Positions 25,614 through 34,644 of a stretch of DNA of 64,000 bases are shown piece by piece. The notes under the pieces were generated by a model. That model did not search any database. It was given only the letters and a program-made list of their open reading frames with translations, and was not told the origin of the DNA. This DNA comes from Deltaproteobacteria bacterium (GTDB lineage Bacteria > Myxococcota > B64-G9). Positions within the stretch are counted from its first letter, which is position 1. Each line of letters opens with the position of its first letter. The stretch lies in the NCBI GenBank assembly GCA_019314375.1, contig JAFCZJ010000014.1:12153-76152 (forward strand), given 5' to 3'. Made by a program: the position numbers and the translations under genes.

Positions 25614-28600
25614 CTACTTTCCTTCCGGCTTGACGCCGGTCTGCACCACGGCCTGCAGCAAAGGCAGAGCCCCGTGGCAATCCAGCACCAAGGCCGCCTC
25701 GGGTTGTTTCTGCAGGGGGTATTTGATGGGCTCGAATCGGTTCAGGCTTTCCCGCGTTCTCCGGGTCCAGTCGTTGGCCACCTTGAAGGACTTGCTCTTC
25801 TCCATGGTTTCCGCGTAAGCACTCACTGCTTTCTTGATGGGGGCTTCGGCAAACTCTTCCAGCTTGCCTTTGTACATATCACATTCTTCCTGGTTCAAAC
25901 CCTTGGGACAGGGTGAGTTGATCAACACATCGGCGAAATTCTCATAGAGGTATCCAAGACGATAGTAAGCCGCCAAAGTCCAATCGACACGCTTGTATGC
26001 AAACACCTTCCGATAAAGGGCTTCCATCTTCTTGAGCTCCACCGCCTTCTTGTTCAAAACCTTCTTGAGCTTTCGCGGAGAAACCTCAAAGGTAATCTTT
26101 TCGTAAACCTTGAGCCGGTGATCGGCCAATTCGAAACGAGCCTTGGCCGCGGCCTCTGCCGCTCGACCACCACCAGGCAGCTGGTAGCGATCAAAGAGTT
26201 TCAGAACCGTACCGTAGCCCTTGCGCGCGTCCCTCTCTCGGCCCATGGCCACCCGGGCCTCAGCCATTTTCATGTGGGCTTGAACCAGTCGCTCTTGTTC
26301 GGCTGCATCCCGCCCATAGGTCCGAATGAAACGACCGAACAAAGCGATGACGCTCTTGTGGCTCTTGGCCTTGCCCAGCACCACCCCCGCATGAAAATAG
26401 TTCTCGGCCGAGTCCGGCCGATCCTTGAACAGCTTGGCATAACGCTCGAAGGCCTCAGCAGCACGCCTGTATTGCTGATCACCTTCCAACGCCACGGCGG
26501 CGTTGTACAGGGCATCACCACGAAACTTTGAGTCTTTGTACTTGTCCACCAGGGCCAGATAGTTGTCGATGGCCTTCTGGAAATCGTAAGCCGCTTCCGC
26601 ACTGCCGGCCATCAGAAAAAGGGATTTGTCGGCAAACTCGCTGCTCGAGTACTCACGAACGATTCGCTCATAGAGGCGACCCGCAGAGACCGGTCGATTG
26701 GACAAAGTATAACAATAGGCTGCATTGTTGAGCGCTTTGTCCGAATTGCCCCCCTTGGGGTCGTCGTCCACAAGTCTGACGAACTCAGCCGCCGCCTCAT
26801 CCAGCGAACGATTGGCCTCATCCTGCTTGCCGGCCTTGGATGCCTCCTGACCAGCCGCCATGAGATTGGAAGCCCTTTTGAATCGAGCCCCCAGCTCGAA
26901 GGCCTTCAGGCTCTTCTTGAGCTGCGGGTCTCGGGTCAGGCCTGCCAGCTTGCGGCTCCATAGTTCAACCTGGGCCCAATCCTTGGTGATCAAATAGCTC
27001 TCGATGATCAAGTTGATAGAACTCGAGGACAACTCATCTTTCTGGGTTTCAGCGACGATGGAGGCAAAACGCTCTCGGGCTTTTTCAAAATGGTCGTGGG
27101 CATAAAGCGTCCGCGCTGCCCGAAAAGCCATGGTATCTCGCTCGGGGCTTTGGGGGAGACGATCAACGTAGGCATCAAGAGCATCAATCATTCTCTTGCG
27201 CAGAGGCGGCAGCTCCCTGGGCTCCACTTTGGCGTCTGCCGGGCGGTCCTTACTGGTCATGAGCTTAATGGGAGGAAGTGCACCCGCCTCCTCTGCCTGC
27301 TTGATCAGGTTGGCTACGGCCATCACCACCGAGTTGGCCGAATCCGATAAAAATTCTGTGCCTGCCTTGTTGTCGCGAACGGTGGCGTAAGCCACAGCCG
27401 CCTTTTCGAACTGCAAAGAGTAGTAGTAGGACTCTGCCAAATAATAGGTAAGGCGATAAACATCACGGGAGCGAGGAAAACGCTTCAGGTAGTCTTCATA
27501 AGCCTTAGCCGCCTGGGCATACTCTCGTCGGGCTTCTTCGGGACGCTCCTGCTGCTTGTGGCGCTGTGCCATGGTGTGGTGAAAAACCGCTGAAGCATGC
27601 AAGGCGTTTTCCGTCAAGCGCCTTGCCTCGCTTAGCACTTCGTTGTTCTCTCCATTGGCTTTCCACCAATCGGACCCTTCCCCAAAGCGATCCACCAATT
27701 CTTCCTGGGCTGCCGTGGCTTCATCCATCTGCCGTATGCGTTGGTGGCTGTCGATGATGGTCATCATCAGCTTCGGGTTGTCCGGATGGGTCGGCTCTCG
27801 CCTGATGGCTTCCCTCAACGCCACCACCGCTCGATCATAGTGGGTGTCGAGATGAAAAACCTCGCCCAACTTGCGGAAAAACTCACCCGCATACTTTCGA
27901 CCACCCTTCCCGGCGATGAATTGCTTGGCGTTCTCCGTGCCTGACCGCGGCCACTCATCTTCTGCAAAACTAATGGCCAGGTACTGCATGGCCTCTTTGC
28001 GCAGCTCACTCCGGGCCATGTCCTCCTCGCCCTGTTCTCCTGTATCCGCCCAAGCAATCAAGCGGTCGAACTGCTCCACGGCTTCATCGAATCGGTCGAT
28101 TTTGTAGTAAGTCCACGCCAACTTATACATGGCCTTGTCAAACATGGGGCTATCAGGGAAGTCCAAGACCCGCTTGTAGGCCTCGATGGCTTGCTCCAGT
28201 TTATCCGGGTTGTCGAAGTACAGCTCGCCAAGTCGAGTATAGACCTCCGGCAAAAGCCTGCTCGACGGGAAGCGCTCCACAAATTGGCTCCACACCTGCT
28301 CGGACTCGTCTTCTTCTCCTTGCTCTGCCAGACAATAGGCCAACAAATAATGCGCTCCATCGGCCAGTCCGTAACCCGGAAATCCCGATATCAAACGTTG
28401 CAAAAGACTGACCGCACGCTCGAAATGGGCCACCGGAGGCAGGGGGTCACTCTTTCGCTCGCCCCGGTTGAAAGCATCAAGGGCTTTCTCGTACTTCTCT
28501 TCGGCCTCGGCCAATTCCAGCTTGCTCTTCTCGTAGTGCAGTTCGGCCAAACGCCAAAGTGCATCAGGGGTGTATCTGGAATCATTGGGATAGCGGGACA

Positions 28601-28973
28601 GGAAGCGCTCGAAAATTTCGATGGCCTCTTTGCGCCTGCGATTTTCTTCGATTTCAATCTCAGAGATAGCCCGCTCAAACGAATCCACCACCGCCTGGCG
28701 CTTCTCGTCATACTTCCGCTCGACGATGAGCTGTATCTCTTTCTTATAGGCCTTGGTCTGCTCTTGAAAGTCATTGACGATACGAAGCATCTCTTCCAAT
28801 TCGCGCTGTTCGTCCAGACTCGGGCCCCCCGGCAAGTCAATTCCCGCATCCTCTTTCGCCTTGGGGGCCGACGCCGCACCATCGCCCTGAGCATAAACCC
28901 GGGCGGGCATCCCTATCGCCAAAACGAGGCAAAAGACCCCGATCGGCAGACTATTCCACCTGCTGAAGCACAC
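25614..28973 (-). CDS. 1119-aa secreted TPR-repeat protein (GltD/AgmU-like position and size class)
   Basis: Signal peptide LPIGVFCLVLAIGMPARVYA. TPR-like pairs occur throughout (for example PDALWRLAELHYEKSKLELAEAE, AMYKLAWTYYKIDRFDEAVEQF, DALYNAAVALEGDQQYRRAAEAF). The start is set at the GTG at 28973, which has AAGGAG 7 nt upstream. Confidence 0.7.
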   Translation of the reverse strand: MCFSRWNSLPIGVFCLVLAIGMPARVYAQGDGAASAPKAKEDAGIDLPGGPSLDEQRELEEMLRIVNDFQEQTKAYKKEIQLIVERKYDEKRQAVVDSFERAISEIEIEENRRRKEAIEIFERFLSRYPNDSRYTPDALWRLAELHYEKSKLELAEAEEKYEKALDAFNRGERKSDPLPPVAHFERAVSLLQRLISGFPGYGLADGAHYLLAYCLAEQGEEDESEQVWSQFVERFPSSRLLPEVYTRLGELYFDNPDKLEQAIEAYKRVLDFPDSPMFDKAMYKLAWTYYKIDRFDEAVEQFDRLIAWADTGEQGEEDMARSELRKEAMQYLAISFAEDEWPRSGTENAKQFIAGKGGRKYAGEFFRKLGEVFHLDTHYDRAVVALREAIRREPTHPDNPKLMMTIIDSHQRIRQMDEATAAQEELVDRFGEGSDWWKANGENNEVLSEARRLTENALHASAVFHHTMAQRHKQQERPEEARREYAQAAKAYEDYLKRFPRSRDVYRLTYYLAESYYYSLQFEKAAVAYATVRDNKAGTEFLSDSANSVVMAVANLIKQAEEAGALPPIKLMTSKDRPADAKVEPRELPPLRKRMIDALDAYVDRLPQSPERDTMAFRAARTLYAHDHFEKARERFASIVAETQKDELSSSSINLIIESYLITKDWAQVELWSRKLAGLTRDPQLKKSLKAFELGARFKRASNLMAAGQEASKAGKQDEANRSLDEAAAEFVRLVDDDPKGGNSDKALNNAAYCYTLSNRPVSAGRLYERIVREYSSSEFADKSLFLMAGSAEAAYDFQKAIDNYLALVDKYKDSKFRGDALYNAAVALEGDQQYRRAAEAFERYAKLFKDRPDSAENYFHAGVVLGKAKSHKSVIALFGRFIRTYGRDAAEQERLVQAHMKMAEARVAMGRERDARKGYGTVLKLFDRYQLPGGGRAAEAAAKARFELADHRLKVYEKITFEVSPRKLKKVLNKKAVELKKMEALYRKVFAYKRVDWTLAAYYRLGYLYENFADVLINSPCPKGLNQEECDMYKGKLEEFAEAPIKKAVSAYAETMEKSKSFKVANDWTRRTRESLNRFEPIKYPLQKQPEAALVLDCHGALPLLQAVVQTGVKPEGK

Positions 28974-31293
28974 TCTTAAACTCCTTGTGCAAACGTTTGC
29001 GCTCAGCACCTAGCTTGCGTCCCAGCTCAGATATTTTGTCGGTGGCCGATTGCTTTCGCCCCCATGCCACATCCAAGATACCCACTTCGGCTTCCAGCAC
29101 CAGCTTGTGGAAACGATCCCGCACTTTCTTCAAGGTAGCGAAAGCCACCTCTCCCGCCAAATTCTCCGTTTCCTTGTCAAGCTGATCCAAAGACTGCGAA
29201 TAGGCATCGATATTGTTTCGCTCGGCTTGAGCCTTGGCTCGCAATTTTGCCGACTCCGCCTCGACTCGCTTGTCCAGGTTTTCTCGTACCTGCTTCAACT
29301 TGCGGCGCAATCGCTCAGATCTCAATCGCAACTGGTTGATGGAGGCCACCCGGGCCGTCCCCTCAGAGCCCAGCCTGTCGTGGATCTGATCAGACAAAAG
29401 GCGCTCTTTGGCCACGGCTTCGGCATAAAGCTGGCGCAATCGCTCCTCTTGGTTTTGCGAATCGGCATCCATGCCGGCCCGAGCCTTCTCCGTGCTGAGC
29501 TGGCCCTGCAAAGAATCCAGATCCTTCTGAAGCTGTTCAGCCATATGCCAACCGCGGCGGAGCTCTTCACGGAAGGCCTTGACCGCTGCTTGACGCCCTT
29601 TCAACTCGGCATCGTGTTGCCGTAGCCACTCCTCCATGGCCCCAAGCTGAGCCTTCATGCCCTTGAGGGCAATACCCGACTGATACACGGCCTGCACCAA
29701 ATCTTCAATGCGCCTACGGATGCGCTGCTCCCGCCCCTCCATGGCCTGACGCGTGGTGGGCAGACCATCAAGCTTGCCCTCCAATTTTTCTCGCTCTTTT
29801 CGCACCGCCTCCATGGCCTGACGTTCCGAGGCCGACACATATTCCATGACCACCCGTTCCTCCAGGCGCACCATGTTGCGCTCAAGAATCACGCGTGCGT
29901 TCTGCACCTCGATGGTCCGCTTGGCACCCTCTCGATAGAGGGGGAAAAGGTTGATCCGGTCAGCCTCTTTGACCAACAAGGCATCCAGTTGATCCAGCAG
30001 CGCCCTGGCTTCCTTCACAAACTGACGCCCGGTTTCTATGTCCTTGGTCACGCCCAGGGCCACCGCCATCTGATCACCCTGGCTCATCCACTTGACCGCC
30101 AAAGGCGGCAAATAGCTAGACAAGTCAAAAGACTCCAAGTTGCGTCCTGCCACTTCATTGAAATAGCGCACAGGATCATCGTGTTCCTTCATCAAGCGAT
30201 CCAGCTCTTCTTTGACCGAGGCGTAGGAGCCGGCCACCTTGGCGAACATCTCCGCAGCCTTGTCAAATTCGATCATCTTCTCCAGCACATGACCCTGCAT
30301 CAAGTGCGCCCGCGGGACCAAGGTAGAGTCCGGCGTGGATACCTCCAGAATTTCCAAGGTTCGAAAAGCCTCCAACAACCACTTCTTGCGATCCTCGGGC
30401 TGCTCCGTCTTCTCCGCCAGTTGTACATAGGTCCAACAGATTTCCAACAAGGCGTCGTCAAAATGGAGAGAGCTGTGCTCAATGGCCTGGAAAGCGTCTA
30501 AGGCCTCAACCTCCTGGCCCATGTCGTGCAACAAACGCCCACGGGCCAGGTGCCCCAACTCCACCACTTCTCGCTCTGCTTCCCACTTGGGTTTCAAGCG
30601 CACCAGCTTATCGAAAACAGCCAGCGCCTTGTCGTATTCGTTCTTTCGGACATGCACGACACCTAAGAAATATCGAGACTGAAAAAAATACGGCTGACCG
30701 GCTTGCAGGGTCGAAAACGCGCTGGCGGCGTCGTCAAAACGCCCCCTGAGAATCAGGGTCTTTGCCCAGAGATACTGGCCTTCGGGGGACGGCCCGCCGG
30801 TGCTCCGACCGAGCCGATCATGATAACGGTCCACCTCCGCAAAATCCCGAGTATTCAAAGCGATCTGCATCAGACGAACCATGGCCAAACGACGAAAGGG
30901 ACCACCTCGTTCGTGGTCCAGCACCAGGCGAAAATACGTACGCGCGTCGATGTAGTTTTTGCCGAAGAACAGTGCTTCGCCCAAACTGAAAGCCGCGTCT
31001 ACGTATCTGGAATTGCGCTTGTGCTTGCCCCCATCCACCAACTCATGAAAAACGATGGCGGCACGCACGTAGTCCTTCAGCAGCATCAGAGACTGACCAT
31101 CGTTGAGTCTCAGATCAAACACGTCCCGCTGCCCACCCCCATTGACCGCGGTGATGTATTCGACATCGATGAGGTTCGCTTTGCGTTCGAGCAAATCCAT
31201 CTGCTTAATCGACCGCCGCAGATCGTCATCGATGTCGGCCGAAGCCGGGACCGCACCACAAAGGCCCAGACAAAGGCACAACACGCGCACCAT
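28951..31293 (-). CDS. secreted TPR (N-terminal half) plus long coiled-coil (C-terminal half) protein
   Basis: Signal peptide MVRVLCLCLGLCGAVPASA if the ATG at 31293 is used. The track's TTG start at 31380 would add 29 non-signal residues. TPR-like units occupy the first ~400 aa, followed by ~380 aa of heptad-rich sequence. Confidence 0.6.
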   Translation of the reverse strand: MVRVLCLCLGLCGAVPASADIDDDLRRSIKQMDLLERKANLIDVEYITAVNGGGQRDVFDLRLNDGQSLMLLKDYVRAAIVFHELVDGGKHKRNSRYVDAAFSLGEALFFGKNYIDARTYFRLVLDHERGGPFRRLAMVRLMQIALNTRDFAEVDRYHDRLGRSTGGPSPEGQYLWAKTLILRGRFDDAASAFSTLQAGQPYFFQSRYFLGVVHVRKNEYDKALAVFDKLVRLKPKWEAEREVVELGHLARGRLLHDMGQEVEALDAFQAIEHSSLHFDDALLEICWTYVQLAEKTEQPEDRKKWLLEAFRTLEILEVSTPDSTLVPRAHLMQGHVLEKMIEFDKAAEMFAKVAGSYASVKEELDRLMKEHDDPVRYFNEVAGRNLESFDLSSYLPPLAVKWMSQGDQMAVALGVTKDIETGRQFVKEARALLDQLDALLVKEADRINLFPLYREGAKRTIEVQNARVILERNMVRLEERVVMEYVSASERQAMEAVRKEREKLEGKLDGLPTTRQAMEGREQRIRRRIEDLVQAVYQSGIALKGMKAQLGAMEEWLRQHDAELKGRQAAVKAFREELRRGWHMAEQLQKDLDSLQGQLSTEKARAGMDADSQNQEERLRQLYAEAVAKERLLSDQIHDRLGSEGTARVASINQLRLRSERLRRKLKQVRENLDKRVEAESAKLRAKAQAERNNIDAYSQSLDQLDKETENLAGEVAFATLKKVRDRFHKLVLEAEVGILDVAWGRKQSATDKISELGRKLGAERKRLHKEFKSVLQQVE

Positions 31294-31376
31294 GCCCCGC
31301 GCATCAAGCGGCGTCCGCCATAAGCAATGGTTTCCCGGCCCAGGCAGGCAGGGTCCGTGGCTGGCAGGGGCCAGAA

Positions 31377-32144
31377 TCAATTCGCCTCCTCACCCTTGAC
31401 TTGCAGCGCTTTGGCTCTTTCCGATGTCAGTTTTTCGATCTTGATGTCATAACGAATGGCCGGTCGCTCTTCGAGCTTGGCGGTGATACCGCCCCGCTCG
31501 AAGGCAACGGTCTTCAAAGTCAGGATCTTGCCTTCCTCCGCGGTGAAGGTGTAACTCGACGTCACTTTGAACTTGTAACCCTTTACGTAAGAGAAAAACC
31601 CAAAACCCTGCCCCTGAAAAACCATCTTAACTGCGATGTTGTGATTGCCGGGCACGATGTTGCCTGAAAAAATTTCTTTCTCCTCAATGTCGTCTAAATC
31701 CCCGTCCACATCCACTTTTTTGAAAATGGGTTGCGTATCCAAGGCATATTGCACGTTGATAAGCTTGAACGCGCCGCCCATTTCATTGCGGTGCACAATG
31801 ATGGCGCGGGCCCCGGCTCCGATGGAGCCCGTCAACATGGTCTCTTGCAGCTGCAGAATGCGCGCCTTGGTTCTGAAAATCTTTTCTTTCAATTCATTGA
31901 CCCGCTCCTCCAGGCCGCGGAGCTTGAGGTCATAGGCATCATCGGCCGTATTGGCCAAAGATGACGGAGCAGGAGCTTGTGTTTTTCCCCCAGCGGGATC
32001 GGACACGACTGCCGGCTTATCCGGGTTTGTGCTCTCCGGACTGGCCACGTCGCCGCCCGGGGCAGGCGGGTCATCAGCCTGCCCGGCCCAGCTTGGGCTG
32101 ACACACAACATCCACAGCGCCAAAATCCACGCGATCTGTTTCAT
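31377..32144 (-). CDS. secreted protein: Pro-rich linker, short coiled coil, beta-rich C-terminal domain; unknown function
   Basis: The ATG at 32144 (MKQIAWILALWMLCVSPSWA) has GGAGGAAAC directly upstream. No motif recognised. Confidence 0.5.
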   Translation of the reverse strand: MKQIAWILALWMLCVSPSWAGQADDPPAPGGDVASPESTNPDKPAVVSDPAGGKTQAPAPSSLANTADDAYDLKLRGLEERVNELKEKIFRTKARILQLQETMLTGSIGAGARAIIVHRNEMGGAFKLINVQYALDTQPIFKKVDVDGDLDDIEEKEIFSGNIVPGNHNIAVKMVFQGQGFGFFSYVKGYKFKVTSSYTFTAEEGKILTLKTVAFERGGITAKLEERPAIRYDIKIEKLTSERAKALQVKGEEAN

Positions 32145-32249
32145 GTTTCCTCCGCAACAGGAACCCGACCATCGCCAGCTTCCCCCCGGGGACAACTTGT
32201 CCGGGTAAGCTCTTGCCGAAGCAACTCCGCTCACAATCTCGGCTCCTGT

Positions 32250-32278
32250 TGTTAACCCGAAACCCCCCGAAATGTCAA
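32250..32278 (-). promoter_or_regulatory. possible internal promoter in the 260-nt mglA-downstream gap (TTGACA with a weak -10)
   Basis: Minus-strand TTGACA at 32278..32273. The -10 candidates 17-18 nt downstream (GTTAAC / TTAACA) are poor. Confidence 0.2.
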
Positions 32279-32404
32279 TGTGAAGACCTCACAAAATCCA
32301 GCCATGTACCCCCCATTCTTCCCAACAGGCATCTTCCGAATCCCTGAAGATCCCCATTTTCTTGTACAGGTATTCCGCGCCGGCTCAGACTCACCGGCGG
32401 TGGC

Positions 32405-32992
32405 TTATCGACCCTTCTTCAGTTCTTGCAAGACGAGCTTCGCGATGGCCTTCAGGGAGTCGAAAACGCCCCAGCCGGTGGCTGCGATAGACTGGAACTC
32501 AGGCACTTTGCCCGGGTTCAGCAGCCTGGACAACTCCTCGATCGAAGCCGCGTTGGGCAAATCGCGTTTGTTGTACTGCATCACCCAAGGCACCTGGTTC
32601 AAATCGTAACCTTGCTCGGCCAAGTTGACCTTGAGGTTCTCCAGGCTCTCCAGGTTGGCTTCCATCCGCTCGATCTGGCTGTCCGCCACAAAAACCACGC
32701 CATCGACGCCCTTGAGAATCAGCTTCCGGCTGGCATCGTAAAACACCTGACCGGGCACCGTATACAGATGGAAGCGGGTCTTGAATCCTCGAATCTCGCC
32801 CAAACTCAAAGGCAAGAAGTCGAAAAACAGTGTCCGCTCCGTCTCGGTAGCCAAAGAAATCATCTTGCCCTTGGCGTCCGGGTTGGTCTTGGCGTAAATA
32901 TACTGCAAGTTGGTCGTCTTCCCGCAAAGACCGGGTCCATAGTAGACGATCTTACAGTTGATTTCTCTGGACGAATAATTAATGAAGGACAT
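32405..32992 (-). CDS. mglA: Ras-like polarity/motility GTPase MglA
   Basis: [86 protein letters not shown] and QYNKRDLP are essentially the M. xanthus MglA sequence as I remember it. Confidence 0.95.
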   Translation of the reverse strand: MSFINYSSREINCKIVYYGPGLCGKTTNLQYIYAKTNPDAKGKMISLATETERTLFFDFLPLSLGEIRGFKTRFHLYTVPGQVFYDASRKLILKGVDGVVFVADSQIERMEANLESLENLKVNLAEQGYDLNQVPWVMQYNKRDLPNAASIEELSRLLNPGKVPEFQSIAATGWGVFDSLKAIAKLVLQELKKGR

Positions 32993-33008
32993 GATCCTCG
33001 CCCTCGAC

Positions 33009-33491
33009 CTAGTCGCTAAACAAGTTGTCTATGTCTTCGTCCGTAATCTCCGCAAAGGGAGACCCGGCAGCCGGATCTTCAATCTTGCGCATCAAACTTT
33101 CGAAGATCTGAGTCAACTCGACCGTGGTCTTCTTGACCCTTAATCGAACAAGCCCCAACGAAGAACGGTTGTCGAAAATCACCACCAAAATCACACGACC
33201 CGCGATGATGGAGATATGCAGGTTATCCCGCTCTCCCTCGTGAAATAGAATTGAAAACTCTTTCTCCCCGATAAGCTTGGCCAAGCCACCGGTCGCCGCG
33301 ATGTTACCCGCGGTCAAAGACGCCAGCGAAGTGGTGTCGATATTATCGGTCTCACCCGCCGAAGCGATGAGCTGCCCATTCTTGTCCACCAGAAAAACCA
33401 CCTTCGAGCTGGCTTCCCGGTACAGGCGTTCACAGATCGTACTGATCTGATCGAACTCCTGATCGTACATCACCATGTGAGGACTGACCAT
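33009..33491 (-). CDS. mglB: Roadblock/LC7-fold MglA GAP, MglB
   Basis: [16 protein letters not shown]...[27 protein letters not shown] and [22 protein letters not shown], plus the acidic tail [18 protein letters not shown], match MglB. The mglB-mglA order has a 16-nt spacer. Confidence 0.9.
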   Translation of the reverse strand: MVSPHMVMYDQEFDQISTICERLYREASSKVVFLVDKNGQLIASAGETDNIDTTSLASLTAGNIAATGGLAKLIGEKEFSILFHEGERDNLHISIIAGRVILVVIFDNRSSLGLVRLRVKKTTVELTQIFESLMRKIEDPAAGSPFAEITDEDIDNLFSD

Positions 33492-33611
33492 TCAACCCTC
33501 CCGGCCCAGGCCTCCGCCTCTTCGAAACACCAACGGATTGGCCTGTTCCACAGTGCAAACTACCCAAAACGCTGCAACAAAAACACCGCGCCCGTGGCGA
33601 ACAGCGTGCCG

Positions 33612-33641
33612 ACAATAACAATCCAATCTTCGGGGTGTCAA
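33612..33641 (-). promoter_or_regulatory. sigma70-like promoter candidate for mglBA (TTGACA-N18-TATTGT)
   Basis: Minus-strand TTGACA at 33641..33636, an 18-nt spacer, TATTGT at 33617..33612. It lies ~120 nt upstream of the mglB ATG. Confidence 0.4.
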
Positions 33642-33700
33642 GGATTTCTCGAAAAGCTTCTCAACATGTCGGGGCTCCCTCCTTCTTGCTTCTGTTTTCC

Positions 33701-33729
33701 TTGACAGGACGATACCGCCCCGGTATGTG
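33701..33729 (+). promoter_or_regulatory. sigma70-like promoter candidate for the por operon (TTGACA-N17-TATGTG)
   Basis: TTGACA at 33701..33706, a 17-nt spacer, TATGTG at 33724..33729. It lies 48 nt upstream of the porC ATG and back-to-back with the mglBA candidate. Confidence 0.45.
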
Positions 33730-33776
33730 GTCATCGCAATTATGATACCTGTTTGACGCTAACCGGAGGCAATCCC

Positions 33777-34331
33777 ATGCATGAAGTCAGATTCCATGGA
33801 CGAGGCGGCCAGGGAGCCGTAACCTCGGCCGAACTTCTGGCCCAGGCCGCCATCGATGAGGGCAAAGCGGCACAAGCCTTCCCCTCCTTTGGCCCAGAAC
33901 GACGCGGCGCACCGGTCATGGCCTTCGCCCGCGTGGCCGACGAGCCCATTCTGAACCGCACCGTCATCCAATTCCCATCGGCCGTGATCGTGCTGGACCC
34001 CAGCCTGCCGGCCCTGGTGGATGTGGCCCAAGGCATTCAGGCCGATGGCGTGGTGGTCCTGAACAGCTCCAAGAGCCCGGAGCAAATTCGCAAAGAGACG
34101 GGCATCAAGGTCAAGCTGGCCGTGGTGGACGCCAACCACATCGCCCGGGAAGAAATCGGTCGGGTCATCACCAACACCACCATGCTTGGGGCCTTGTTGG
34201 CCGCGGTTTCCTTGGTGGCGCCAGAGCGACTTGAAAAACAATACGAGGGTCGTTTCGGCCGGTTGGCAAGTAAAAACATCAACGCATTTAAGCGTGCTCT
34301 GAAGGAAACGGTCGTGTTGGACGCAGTCTGA
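33777..34331 (+). CDS. porC: pyruvate/2-oxoacid:ferredoxin oxidoreductase, gamma subunit
   Basis: MHEVRFHGRGGQGAVTSAELLAQAA is the gamma-subunit N-terminus. GGAGG lies 8 nt upstream of the ATG at 33777. Confidence 0.85.
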   Translation: MHEVRFHGRGGQGAVTSAELLAQAAIDEGKAAQAFPSFGPERRGAPVMAFARVADEPILNRTVIQFPSAVIVLDPSLPALVDVAQGIQADGVVVLNSSKSPEQIRKETGIKVKLAVVDANHIAREEIGRVITNTTMLGALLAAVSLVAPERLEKQYEGRFGRLASKNINAFKRALKETVVLDAV

Positions 34332-34350
34332 GCGACCAGGAGGTGGAAGA

Positions 34351-34644
34351 GTGGCACAGCAAAGCGCGAAACCGAAGTGGACCGAGTTGGCCATTGGTAC
34401 TGCCGTCACCGTACCTGGCAGTTCCCGGTATTACAAAACCGGCGACTGGCGGTCTTCTCGCCCAATCTGGAACAACGATCACTGCGTCCGATGCGGCGTC
34501 TGCGTTATTTTCTGCCCGGAAGGGTGTATCCAATTCCGCGCCGACGGTTACCCCAGTGCGGATCTTGACTACTGCAAGGGCTGCGGCATCTGCCGCCATG
34601 AATGCCCAACCGGCTGTATTAATCTGATCGAGGAGGTGGAGTGA
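34351..34644 (+). CDS. porD: 2-oxoacid:ferredoxin oxidoreductase, delta subunit (2x[4Fe-4S])
   Basis: CVRCGVCVIFCPEGC and CKGCGICRHECPTGC. GTG start with AGGAGG 7 nt upstream. Confidence 0.85.
   Translation: MAQQSAKPKWTELAIGTAVTVPGSSRYYKTGDWRSSRPIWNNDHCVRCGVCVIFCPEGCIQFRADGYPSADLDYCKGCGICRHECPTGCINLIEEVE

Noticed and set aside
22370-25916. Plus-strand ORFs of 493 aa (22370..23851) and 504 aa (24402..25916) across the motor and TPR genes.
   Set aside because: They are antisense shadows of the ExbD/ExbB and TPR genes. They have no SD and no recognisable domains, and their composition is dominated by Arg/Gly/His/Leu/Gln.
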